Source: Eledone cirrhosa (Eukaryota). Taken from it: a stretch of DNA of 64,000 bases. Of this stretch, positions 25,301-37,199 are shown piece after piece. The stretch spans positions 2,914,001-2,978,000 of the forward strand of contig OZ024744.1 in the NCBI GenBank assembly GCA_964016885.1. The letters run 5' to 3'. The notes beneath the pieces were generated by a model. The model ran no database searches, was not told the DNA's origin, and worked only from the letters and a program-made list of their open reading frames with translations. Every line of letters starts with the position of its first letter. Position 1 is the first letter of the stretch. The translations under genes and the position numbers were made by a program.

Positions 25301-28300
25301 ACGTTTTGTGGGAAGACAAGGTAGAGAAAGATAGCTTGGTGAAGAACGAAGTTTTGGGGGAAGACAAGGTAGAGAAAGATAGCTTGGTGAAGAACGAAGT
25401 TTTGGGGAAGACAATATAGAGAAAGATAGCTTGGTGAAGAACGAAGTTTTGGGGGAAGACAAGGTAGAGAAAGATAGCTTGGTGAAGAACGAAGTTTTGA
25501 GGGAAGACAAGGTAGAGAAAGATAGCTTGGTGAATAACGAAGTTTTGGGAGAAGACAAGGTAGAGAAAGATAGCTTGGTGAAGAACGACGTTTTGAGGGA
25601 AGACAAGGTAGAGAAAGATAGCTTGGTGAAGAACGAAGTTTTGTGGGAAGACAAGGTAGAGAAAGATAGCTTGGTGAAGAACGAAGTTTTGGGGAAGACA
25701 ATGTAGAGAAAGATAGCTTGGTGAAGAACGAAGTTTTGGGGGAAGACAAGGTAGAGAAAGATAGCTTGGTGAAGAACGACGTTTTGAGGGAAGACAAGGT
25801 AGAGAAAGATAGCTTGGTGAAGAACGACGTTTTGTGGGAAGACAAGGTAGAGAAAGATAGCTTGGTGAAGAACGAAGTTTTGGGGGAAGACAAGGTAGAG
25901 AAAGATAGCTTGGTGAAGAACGAAGTTTTGGGGGAAGACAAGGTAGAGAAAGATAGCTTGGTGAAGAACGAAGTTTTGTGGGAAGACAAGGTAGAGAAAG
26001 ATAGCTTGGTGAAGAACGATGTTTTGGGGAAGACAATGTAGAGAAAGATAGCTTGGAGAAGAACGAAGTTTTGGGGGAAGACAAGGTAGAGAAAGATAGC
26101 TTGGTGAATAACGAAATTTTGGGAGTAGACAAGGTCGAGAAAGATAGCTTGGTGAAGAACGAAATTTTGAGGGAAGACAAGGTAGAGAAAGATAGCTTGG
26201 TGAAGAACGACGTTTTGGTGGAAGACAAGGTAGAGAAAGATAGCTTGGTGAAGAACGATGTTTTGGGGAAGACAATGTAGAGAAAGATAGCTTGGTGAAG
26301 AACGAAGTTTTGGGGGAAGACAAGGTAGAGAAAGATAGCTTGGTGAAGAACGAAGTTTTGAGGGAAGACAAGGTAGAGAAAGATAGCTTGGTGAATAACG
26401 AAGTTTTGGGAGAAGACAAGGTAGAGAAAGATAGTTGGTGAAGAACGAAGTTTTGAGGGAAGACAAGGTAGAGAAAGATAGCTTGGTGAAGAACGACGTT
26501 TTGAGGGAAGACAAGGTAGAGAAAGATAGCTTGGTGAAGAACGACGTTTTGTGGGAAGACAAGGTAGAGAAAGATAGCTTGGTGAAGAACGAAGTTTTGG
26601 GGGAAGACAAGGTAGAGAAAGATAGCTTGGTGAAGAACGAAGTTTTGGGGAAGACAATGTAGAGAAAGATAGCTTGGTGAAGAACGAAGTTTTGGGGGAA
26701 GACAAGGTAGAGAAAGATAGCTTGGTGAAGAACGAAGTTTTGAGGGAAGACAAGGTAGAGAAAGATAGCTTGGTGAATAACGAAGTTTTGGGAGAAGACA
26801 AGGTAGAGAAAGATAGCTTGGTGAAGAACGACGTTTTGAGGGAAGACAAGGTAGAGAAAGATAGCTTGGTGAAGAACGAAGTTTTGGGGGAAGACAAGGT
26901 AGAGAAAGATAGCTTGGTGGAGAACGAAGTTTTGGGGGAAGACAAGGTAGAGAAAGATAGCTTGGTGAAGAACGAAGTTTTGGGGGAAGACAAGGTAGAG
27001 AAAGATAGCTTGGTGAAGAACGAAGTTTTGGGGAAGACAATGTAGAGAAAGATAGCTTGGTGAAGAACGAAGTTTTGGGGGAAGACAAGGTAGAGAAAGA
27101 TAGCTTGGTGAATAACGAAGTTTTGGGAGAAGACAAGGTCGAGAAAGATAGCTTGGTGAAGAACGAAATTTTGAGGGAAGACAAGGTAGAGAAAGATAGC
27201 TTGGTGAAGAACGACGTTTTGGTGGAAGACAAGGTAGAGAAAAATAGCTTGGTGAAGAACGATGTTTTGGGGAAGACAATGTAGAGAAAGATAGCTTGGT
27301 GAAGAACGAAGTTTTGGGGGAAGACAAGGTAGAGAAAGATAGCTTGGTGAAGAACGAAGTTTTGAGGGAAGACAAGGTAGAGAAAGATAGCTTGGTGAAT
27401 AACGAAGTTTTGGGAGAAGACAAGGTAGAGAAAGATAGTTGGTGAAGAACGAAGTTTTGAGGGAAGACAAGGTAGAGAAAGATAGCTTGGTGAAGAACGA
27501 CGTTTTGTGGGAAGACAAGGTAGAGAAAGATAGCTTGGTGAAGAACGAAGTTTTGGGGGAAGACAAGGTAGAGAAAGATAGCTTGGTGAAGAACGAAGTT
27601 TTGGGGAAGACAATATAGAGAAAGATAGCTTGGTGAAGAACGAAGTTTTGGGGGAAGACAAGGTAGAGAAAGATAGCTTGGTGAAGAACGAAGTTTTGAG
27701 GGAAGACAAGGTAGAGAAAGATAGCTTGGTGAATAACGAAGTTTTGGGAGAAGACAAGGTAGAGAAAGATAGCTTGGTGAAGAACGACGTTTTGAGGGAA
27801 GACAAGGTAGAGAAAGATAGCTAGGTGAAGAACGAAGTTTTGTGGGAAGACAAGGTAGAGAAAGATAGCTTGGTGAAGAACGAAGTTTTGGGGAAGACAA
27901 TGTAGAGAAAGATAGCTTGGTGAAGAACGAAGTTTTGGGGGAAGACAAGGTAGAGAAAGATAGCTTGGTGAATAACGAAGTTTTGGGAGAAGACAAGGTC
28001 GAGAAAGATAGCTTGGTGAAGAACGAAATTTTGAGGGAAGACAAGGTAGAGAAAGATAGCTTGGTGAAGAACGACGTTTTGGTGGAAGACAAGGTAGAGA
28101 AAGATAGCTTGGTGAAGAACGAAGTTTTGGGGAAGACAATGTAGAGAAAGATAGCTTGGTGAAGAACGAAGTTTTGGGGGAAGACAAGGTAGAGAAAGAT
28201 AGCTTGGTGAAGAACGACGTTTTGAGGGAAGACAAGGTAGAGAAAGATAGCTTGGTGAAGAACGACGTTTTGTGGGAAGACAAGGTAGAGAAAGATAGCT

Positions 28301-30590
28301 TGGTGAAGAACGAAGTTTTGGGGGAAGACAAGGTAGAGAAAGATAGCTTGGTGAAGAACGAAGTTTTGGGGGAAGACAAGGTAGAGAAAGATAGCTTGGT
28401 GAAGAACGAAGTTTTGTGGGAAGACAAGGTAGAGAAAGATAGCTTGGTGAAGAACGATGTTTTGGGGAAGACAATGTAGAGAAAGATAGCTTGGAGAAGA
28501 ACGAAGTTTTGGGGGAAGACAAGGTAGAGAAAGATAGCTTGGTGAATAACGAAATTTTGGGAGTAGACAAGGTCGAGAAAGATAGCTTGGTGAAGAACGA
28601 AATTTTGAGGGAAGACAAGGTAGAGAAAGATAGCTTGGTGAAGAACGACGTTTTGGTGGAAGACAAGGTAGAGAAAGATAGCTTGGTGAAGAACGATGTT
28701 TTGGGGAAGACAATGTAGAGAAAGATAGCTTGGTGAAGAACGAAGTTTTGGGGGAAGACAAGGTAGAGAAAGATAGCTTGGTGAAGAACGAAGTTTTGAG
28801 GGAAGACAAGGTAGAGAAAGATAGCTTGGTGAATAACGAAGTTTTGGGAGAAGACAAGGTAGAGAAAGATAGTTGGTGAAGAACGAAGTTTTGAGGGAAG
28901 ACAAGGTAGAGAAAGATAGCTTGGTGAAGAACGACGTTTTGAGGGAAGACAAGGTAGAGAAAGATAGCTTGGTGAAGAACGACGTTTTGTGGGAAGACAA
29001 GGTAGAGAAAGATAGCTTGGTGAAGAACGAAGTTTTGGGGGAAGACAAGGTAGAGAAAGATAGCTTGGTGAAGAACGAAGTTTTGGGGAAGACAATGTAG
29101 AGAAAGATAGCTTGGTGAAGAACGAAGTTTTGGGGGAAGACAAGGTAGAGAAAGATAGCTTGGTGAAGAACGAAGTTTTGAGGGAAGACAAGGTAGAGAA
29201 AGATAGCTTGGTGAATAACGAAGTTTTGGGAGAAGACAAGGTAGAGAAAGATAGCTTGGTGAAGAACGACGTTTTGAGGGAAGACAAGGTAGAGAAAGAT
29301 AGCTTGGTGAAGAACGAAGTTTTGGGGGAAGACAAGGTAGAGAAAGATAGCTTGGTGGAGAACGAAGTTTTGGGGGAAGACAAGGTAGAGAAAGATAGCT
29401 TGGTGAAGAACGAAGTTTTGGGGGAAGACAAGGTAGAGAAAGATAGCTTGGTGAAGAACGAAGTTTTGGGGAAGACAATGTAGAGAAAGATAGCTTGGTG
29501 AAGAACGAAGTTTTGGGGGAAGACAAGGTAGAGAAAGATAGCTTGGTGAATAACGAAGTTTTGGGAGAAGACAAGGTCGAGAAAGATAGCTTGGTGAAGA
29601 ACGAAATTTTGAGGGAAGACAAGGTAGAGAAAGATAGCTTGGTGAAGAACGACGTTTTGGTGGAAGACAAGGTAGAGAAAAATAGCTTGGTGAAGAACGA
29701 TGTTTTGGGGAAGACAATGTAGAGAAAGATAGCTTGGTGAAGAACGAAGTTTTGGGGGAAGACAAGGTAGAGAAAGATAGCTTGGTGAAGAACGAAGTTT
29801 TGAGGGAAGACAAGGTAGAGAAAGATAGCTTGGTGAATAACGAAGTTTTGGGAGAAGACAAGGTAGAGAAAGATAGTTGGTGAAGAACGAAGTTTTGAGG
29901 GAAGACAAGGTAGAGAAAGATAGCTTGGTGAAGAACGACGTTTTGTGGGAAGACAAGGTAGAGAAAGATAGCTTGGTGAAGAACGAAGTTTTGGGGGAAG
30001 ACAAGGTAGAGAAAGATAGCTTGGTGAAGAACGAAGTTTTGGGGAAGACAATATAGAGAAAGATAGCTTGGTGAAGAACGAAGTTTTGGGGGAAGACAAG
30101 GTAGAGAAAGATAGCTTGGTGAAGAACGAAGTTTTGAGGGAAGACAAGGTAGAGAAAGATAGCTTGGTGAATAACGAAGTTTTGGGAGAAGACAAGGTAG
30201 AGAAAGATAGCTTGGTGAAGAACGACGTTTTGAGGGAAGACAAGGTAGAGAAAGATAGCTAGGTGAAGAACGAAGTTTTGTGGGAAGACAAGGTAGAGAA
30301 AGATAGCTTGGTGAAGAACGAAGTTTTGGGGAAGACAATGTAGAGAAAGATAGCTTGGTGAAGAACGAAGTTTTGGGGGAAGACAAGGTAGAGAAAGATA
30401 GCTTGGTGAATAACGAAGTTTTGGGAGAAGACAAGGTCGAGAAAGATAGCTTGGTGAAGAACGAAATTTTGAGGGAAGACAAGGTAGAGAAAGATAGCTT
30501 GGTGAAGAACGACGTTTTGGTGGAAGACAAGGTAGAGAAAGATAGCTTGGTGAAGAACGATGTTTTGGGGAAGACAATGTAGAGAAAGAT
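21989..30590 (+). repeat. Serial higher-order units with offsets 1,865, 2,199 and 2,438 bp
   Basis: The marker pair TTGGAGAAG + GGAGTAGAC starts at 21989, 23854, 26053 and 28491. GAGAAAAATAG occurs at ~25043, ~27242, ~29680 and ACAATATAG at ~25415, ~27614, ~30052. Confidence 0.85.
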
Positions 30591-32218
30591 AGCTTGGTGA
30601 AGAACGAAGTTTTGGGGGAAGACAAGGTAGAGAAAGATAGCTTGGTGAAGAACGAAGTTTTGAGGGAAGACAAGGTAGAGAAAGATAGCTTGGTGAATAA
30701 CAAAGTTTTGGGAGAAGACAAGGTAGAGAAAGATAGTTGGTGAAGAACGAAGTTTTGAGGGAAGACAAGGTAGAGAAAGATAGCTTGGTGAAGAACGACG
30801 TTTTGAGGGAAGACAAGGTAGAGAAAGATAGCTTGGTGAAGAACGACGTTTTGTGGGAAGACAAGGTAGAGAAAGATAGCTTGGTGAAGAACGAAGTTTT
30901 GGGGGAAGACAAGGTAGAGAAAGATAGCTTGGTGAAGAACGAAGTTTTGGGGAAGACAATGTAGAGAAAGATAGATTGGTGAAGAACGAAGTTTTGGGGG
31001 AAGACAAGGTAGAGAAAGATAGCTTGGTGAAGAACGAAGTTTTGAGGGAAGACAAAGTAGAGAAAGATAGCTTGGTGAATAACGAAGTTTTGTGGGAAGA
31101 CAAGGTAGAGAAAGATAGCTTGGTGAAGAACGACGTTTTGAGGGAAGACAAGGTAGAGAAAGATAGCTTGGTGAAGAACGAAGTTTTGGGGGAAGACAAG
31201 GTAGAGAAAGATAGCTTGGTGAAGAACGAAGTTTTGGGGGAAGACAAGGTAGAGAAAGATAGCTTGGTGAAGAACGAAGTTTTGGAGGAAGACAAGGTAG
31301 AGAAAGATAGCTTGGTGAAGAACGAAGTTTTGGGGAAGACAATGTAGAGAAAGATAGCTTGGTGAAGAACGAAGTTTTGGGGGAAGACAAGGTAGAGAAA
31401 GATAGCTTGGTGAATAACGAAGTTTTGGGAGAAGACAAGGTCGAGAAAGATAGCTTGGTGAAGAACGAAATTTTGAGGGAAGACAAGGTAGAGAAAGATA
31501 GCTTGGTGAAGAACGACGTTTTGGTGGAAGACAAGGTAGAGAAAGATAGCTTGGTGAAGAACGATGTTTTGGGGAAGACAATGTAGAGAAAGATAGCTTG
31601 GTGAAGAACGAAGTTTTGGGGGAAGACAAGGTAGAGAAAGATAGCTTGGTGAAGAACGAAGTTTTGAGGGAAGACATGGTAGAGAAAGATAGCTTGGTGA
31701 ATAACGAAGTTTTGGGAGAAGACAAGGTAGAGAAAGATAGTTGGTGAAGAACGAAGATTTGAGGGAAGACAAGGTAGAGAAAGATAGCTTGGTGAAGAAC
31801 GACGTTTTGAGGGAAGACAAGGTAGAGAAAGATAGCTTGGTGAAGAACGACGTTTTGTGGGAAGACAAGGTAGAGAAAGATAGCTTGGTGAAGAACAAAG
31901 ATTTGGGGGAAGACAAGGTAGAGAAAGATAGCTTGGTGAAGAACGATGTTTTGGGGAAGACAATGTAGAGAAAGATAGCTTGGTGAAGAACGAAGTTTTG
32001 GGGGAAGACAAGGTAGAGAAAGATAGCTTGGTGAAGAACGAAGTTTTGAGGGGAGACAAGGTAGAGAAAGATAGCTTGGTGAATAACGAAGTTTTGGGAG
32101 AACACAAGGTAGAGAAAGATAGCTTGGTGAAGAACGACGTTTTGAGGGAAGACAAGGTAGAGAAAGATAGCTTGGTGAAGAACGAAGTTTTGGGGAAGAC
32201 AATGTAGAGAAAGATAGC

Positions 32219-35200
32219 TTGGTGAAGAACGAAGTTTTGGGGTGAGACAAGGTAGAGAAAGATAGCTTGGTGAATAACGAAGTTTTGGGAGAAGACAAGG
32301 TAGAGAAAGATAGTTGGTGAAGAACGAAGTTTTGAAGGAAGACAAGGCAGAGAAAGATAGCTTGGTGAAGAACGAAGTTTTGAGGGAAGACAAGGTAGAG
32401 AAAGATAGCTTGGTGAAGAACGAAGTTTTGGGGGAAGACAAGGTAGAGAAAGATAGCTTGGTGAAGAACGAAGTTTTGAGGGAAGACAAGGTAGAGAAAG
32501 ATAGCTTGGTGAATAACGAAGTTTTGGGAGAAGACAAGGTGGAGAAAGATAGCTTGGTGAAGAACGAAGTTTTGAGGGAAGACAAGGTAGAGAAAGATAG
32601 CTTGGTGAAGAACGACGTTTTGTGGGAAGACAAGGTAGAGAAAGATAGCTTGGTGAAGAACGAAGTTTTGGGGGAAGACAAGGTAGAGAAAGATAGCTTG
32701 GTGAAGAACGAAGTTTTGGGGGAAGACAAGGTAGAGAAAGATAGCTTGGTGAAGAACGAAGTTTTGGGGAAGACAATGTAGAGAAAGATAGCTTGGTGAA
32801 GAACGAAGATTTGGGGGAAGACAAGGTAGAGAAAGATAGCTTGGTGAAGAACGACGTTTTGAGGGAAGACAAGGTAGAGAAAGATAGCTTGGTGAAGAAC
32901 GACGTTTTGTGGGAAGACAAGGTAGAGAAAGATAGCTTGGTGAAGAACGAAGTTTTGGGGGAAGACAAGGTAGAGAAAGATAGCTTGGTGAAGAACGGAG
33001 TTTTGGGGGAAGACAAGGTAGAGAAAGATAGCTTGGTGAAGAACGAAGTTTTGGGGGAAGACAAGGTAGAGAAAGATAGCTTGGTGAAGAACGAAGTTTT
33101 GAGGGAAGACAAGGTAGAGAAAGATAGCTTGGTGAAGAACGACGTTTTGTGGGAAGACAAGGTAGAGAAAGATAGCTTGGTGAATAACGAAGTTTTGGGA
33201 GAAGACAAGGTCGAGAAAGATAGCTTGGTGAAGAACGAAGTTTTGTGGGAAGACAAGGTAGAGAAAGATAGCTTGGTGAAGAACGAAGTTTTGGGGGAAG
33301 ACAAGGTAGAGAAAGATAGCTTGGTGAATAACGAAGTTTTGGGAGAAGACAAGGTAGAGAAAGATAGCTTGGTGAAGAACGACGTTTTGGGGAAGACAAT
33401 GTAGAGAAAGATAGCTTGGTGAAGAACGAAGTTTTGGGGGAAGACAAGGTAGAGAAAGATAGCTTGGTGAAGAACGAAGTTTTGAGGGAAGACAAGGTAG
33501 AGAAAGATAGCTTGGTGAATAACGAAGTTTTGGGAGAAGACAAGGTAGAGAAAGATAGTTGGTGAAGAACGAAGTTTTGAAGGAAGACAAGGCAGAGAAA
33601 GATAGCTTGGTGAAGAACGAAGTTTTGAGGTAAGACAAGGTAGAGAAAGATAGCTTGGTGAAGAACGACGTTTTGTGGGAAGACAAGGTAGAGAAAGATA
33701 GCTTGGTGAAGAACGAAGGTTTGGGGGAAGACAAGGTAGAGAAAGATAGCTTGGTGAAGAACGAAGTTTTGGGGGAAGACAAGGTAGAGAAAGATAGCTT
33801 GGTGAAGAAGGAAGTTTTGGGGAAGACAATGTAGAGAAAGATAGCTTGGTGAAGAACGAAGATTTGGGGGAAGACAAGGTAGAGAAAGATAGCTTGGTGA
33901 AGAACGAAGTTTTGGGAGAAGACAAGGTAGAGAAAGATAGCTTGGTGAAGAACGAAGTTTTGAGGGGAGACAAGGTAGAGAAAGATAGCTTGGTGAAGAA
34001 CGACGTGTTGAGGGAAGACAAGGTAGAGAAAGATAGCTTGGTGAAGAACGACGTTTTGTGGGAAGACAAGGTAGAGAAAGATAGCTTGGTGAAGAACGAA
34101 GTTTTGGGGGAAGACAAGGTAGAGAAAGATAGCTTGGTGAAGAACGGAGTTTTGGGGGAAGACAAGGTAGAGAAAGATAGCTTGGTGAAGAACGAAGTCT
34201 TGGGGGAAGACAAGGTAGAGAAAGATAGCTTGGTGAAGAACGAAGTTTTGAGGGAAGACAATGTAGAGAAAGATAGCTTGGTGAAGAACGAAGTTTTGGG
34301 GAAGATAATGTAGAGAAAGATAGCTTGGTGAAGAACGAAGTTTTGGGGAAGACAATGTAGAGAAAGATAGCTTGGTGAAGAACGAAGTTTTGGGGTAAGA
34401 CAAGGTAGAGAAAGATAGCTTGGTGAATAACGAAGTTTTGGGAGAAGACAAGGTAGAGAAAGATAGTTGGTGAAGAACGAAGTTTTGAAGGAAGACAAGG
34501 CAGAGAAAGATAGCTTGGTGAAGAACGAAGTTTTGAGGGAAGACAAGGTAGAGAAAGATAGCTTGGTGAAGAACGAAGTTTTGGGGGAAGACAAGGTAGA
34601 GAAAGATAGCTTGGTGAAGAACGAAGTTTTGAGGGAAGACAAGGTAGAGAAAGATAGCTTGGTGAATAACGAAGTTTTGGGAGAAGACAAGGTGGAGAAA
34701 GATAGCTTGGTGAAGAACGAAGTTTTGAGGGAAGACAAGGTAGAGAAAGATAGCTTGGTGAAGAACGACGTTTTGTGGGAAGACAAGGTAGAGAAAGATA
34801 GCTTGGTGAAGAACGAAGTTTTGGGGGAAGACAAGGTAGAGAAAGATAGCTTGGTGAAGAACGAAGTTTTGGGGGAAGACAAGGTAGAGAAAGATAGCTT
34901 GGTGAAGAACGAAGTTTTGGGGAAGACAATGTAGAGAAAGATAGCTTGGTGAAGAACGAAGATTTGGGGGAAGACAAGGTAGAGAAAGATAGCTTGGTGA
35001 AGAACGACGTTTTGAGGGAAGACAATGTAGAGAAAGATAGCTTGGTGAAGAACGACGTTTTGTGGGAAGACAAGGTAGAGAAAGATAGCTTGGTGAAGAA
35101 CGAAGTTTTGGGGGAAGACAAGGTAGAGAAAGATAGCTTGGTGAAGAACGGAGTTTTGGGGGAAGACAAGGTAGAGAAAGATAGCTTGGTGAAGAACGAA

Positions 35201-36470
35201 GTTTTGGGGGAAGACAAGGTAGAGAAAGATAGCTTGGTGAAGAACGAAGTTTTGAGGGAAGACAAGGTAGAGAAAGATAGCTTGGTGAAGAACGACGTTT
35301 TGTGGGAAGACAAGGTAGAGAAAGATAGCTTGGTGAATAACAAAGTTTTGGGAGAAGACAAGGTCGAGAAAGATAGCTTGGTGAAGAACGAAGTTTTGTG
35401 GGAAGACAAGGTAGAGAAAGATAGCTTGGTGAAGAACGAAGTTTTGGGGGAAGACAAGGTAGAGAAAGATAGCTTGGTGAATAACGAAGTTTTGGGAGAA
35501 GACAAGGTAGAGAAAGATAGCTTGGTGAAGAACGACGTTTTGGGGAAGACAATGTAGAGAAAGATAGCTTGGTGAAGAACGAAGTTTTGGGGGAAGACAA
35601 GGTAGAGAAAGATAGCTTGGTGAAGAACGAAGTTTTGAGGGAAGACAAGGTAGAGAAAGATAGCTTGGTGAATAACGAAGTTTTGGGAGAAGACAAGGTA
35701 GAGAAAGATAGTTGGTGAAGAACGAAGTTTTGAAGGAAGACAAGGCAGAGAAAGATAGCTTGGTGAAGAACGAAGTTTTGAGGTAAGACAAGGTAGAGAA
35801 AGATAGCTTGGTGAAGAACGACGTTTTGTGGGAAGACAAGGTAGAGAAAGATAGCTTGGTGAAGAACGAAGGTTTGGGGGAAGACAAGGTAGAGAAAGAT
35901 AGCTTGGTGAAGAACGAAGTTTTGGGGGAAGACAAGGTAGAGAAAGATAGCTTGGTGAAGAAGGAAGTTTTGGGGAAGACAATGTAGAGAAAGATAGCTT
36001 GGTGAAGAACGAAGATTTGGGGGAAGACAAGGTAGAGAAAGATAGCTTGGTGAAGAACGAAGTTTTGGGAGAAGACAAGGTAGAGAAAGATAGCTTGGTG
36101 AAGAACGAAGTTTTGAGGGGAGACAAGGTAGAGAAAGATAGCTTGGTGAAGAACGACGTGTTGAGGGAAGACAAGGTAGAGAAAGATAGCTTGGTGAAGA
36201 ACGACGTTTTGTGGGAAGACAAGGTAGAGAAAGATAGCTTGGTGAAGAACGAAGTTTTGGGGGAAGACAAGGTAGAGAAAGATAGCTTGGTGAAGAACGG
36301 AGTTTTGGGGGAAGACAAGGTAGAGAAAGATAGCTTGGTGAAGAACGAAGTTTTGGGGGAAGACAAGGTAGAGAAAGATAGCTTGGTGAAGAACGAAGTT
36401 TTGAGGGAAGACAATGTAGAGAAAGATAGCTTGGTGAAGAACGAAGTTTTGGGGAAGATAATGTAGAGAA
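32219..36470 (+). repeat. Tandem higher-order duplication, offset 2,153 bp (~45 monomers)
   Basis: ORF starts pair at 2153 (32314/34467, 32793/34946, 33846/35999). Rare variants AGGTAAGAC (~33631/~35784), GAAGGTTTG (~33718/~35871) and GACGTGTTG (~34006/~36159) pair as well. Confidence 0.88.
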
Positions 36471-37199
36471 AGATAGCTTGGTGAAGAACGAAGTTTTGGG
36501 GGAAGACAAGGTAGAGAAAGATAGCTTGGTGAAGAACGACGTTTTGAGGGAAGACAAGGTAGAGAAAGATAGCTTGGTGAAGAACGACGTTTTGTGGGAA
36601 GACAATGTAGAGAAAGATAGCTTGGTGAAGAACGAAGTTTTGGGGGAAGACAAGGTAGAGAAAGATAGCTTGGTGAAGAACGAAGTTTTGAGGGAAGACA
36701 AGGTAGAGAAAGATAGCTTGGTGAATAACGAAGTTTTGGGGAGAACACAAGGTAGAGAAAGATAGCTTGGTGAAGAACGACGTTTTGAGGGAAGACAAGG
36801 TAGAGAAAGATAGCTTGGTGAAGAACGAAGTTTTGGGGAAGACAATGTAGAGAAAGATAGCTTGGTGAAGAACGAAGTTTTGAGGGAAGACAAGGTAGAG
36901 AAAGATAGCTTGGTGAATAACGAAGTTTTGGGAGAAGACAAGGTAGAGAAAGATAGTTGGTGAAGAACGAAGTTTTGAAGGAAGACAAGGCAGAGAAAGA
37001 TAGCTTGGTGAAGAACGAAGTTTTGAGGGAAGACAAGGTAGAGAAAGATAGCTTGGTGAAGAACGAAGTTTTGGGGGAAGACAAGGTAGAGAAAGATAGC
37101 TTGGTGAAGAACGAAGTTTTGAGGGAAGACAAGGTAGAGAAAGATAGCTTGGTGAATAACGAAGTTTTGGGAGAAGACAAGGTGGAGAAAGATAGCTTG

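Larger units (their letters stand above)
1..31970 (+). repeat. Left sub-domain of the array (variant set A)
   Basis: Marked by the AACGATGTTTTGGGGAAGACAATG monomer (last seen near 31945) and frequent GAAATTTTG and TTGGTGGAAG monomers. Lacks the AAGGCAGAG, GAAGATAATG and AAGAAGGAAG variants. Confidence 0.8.
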
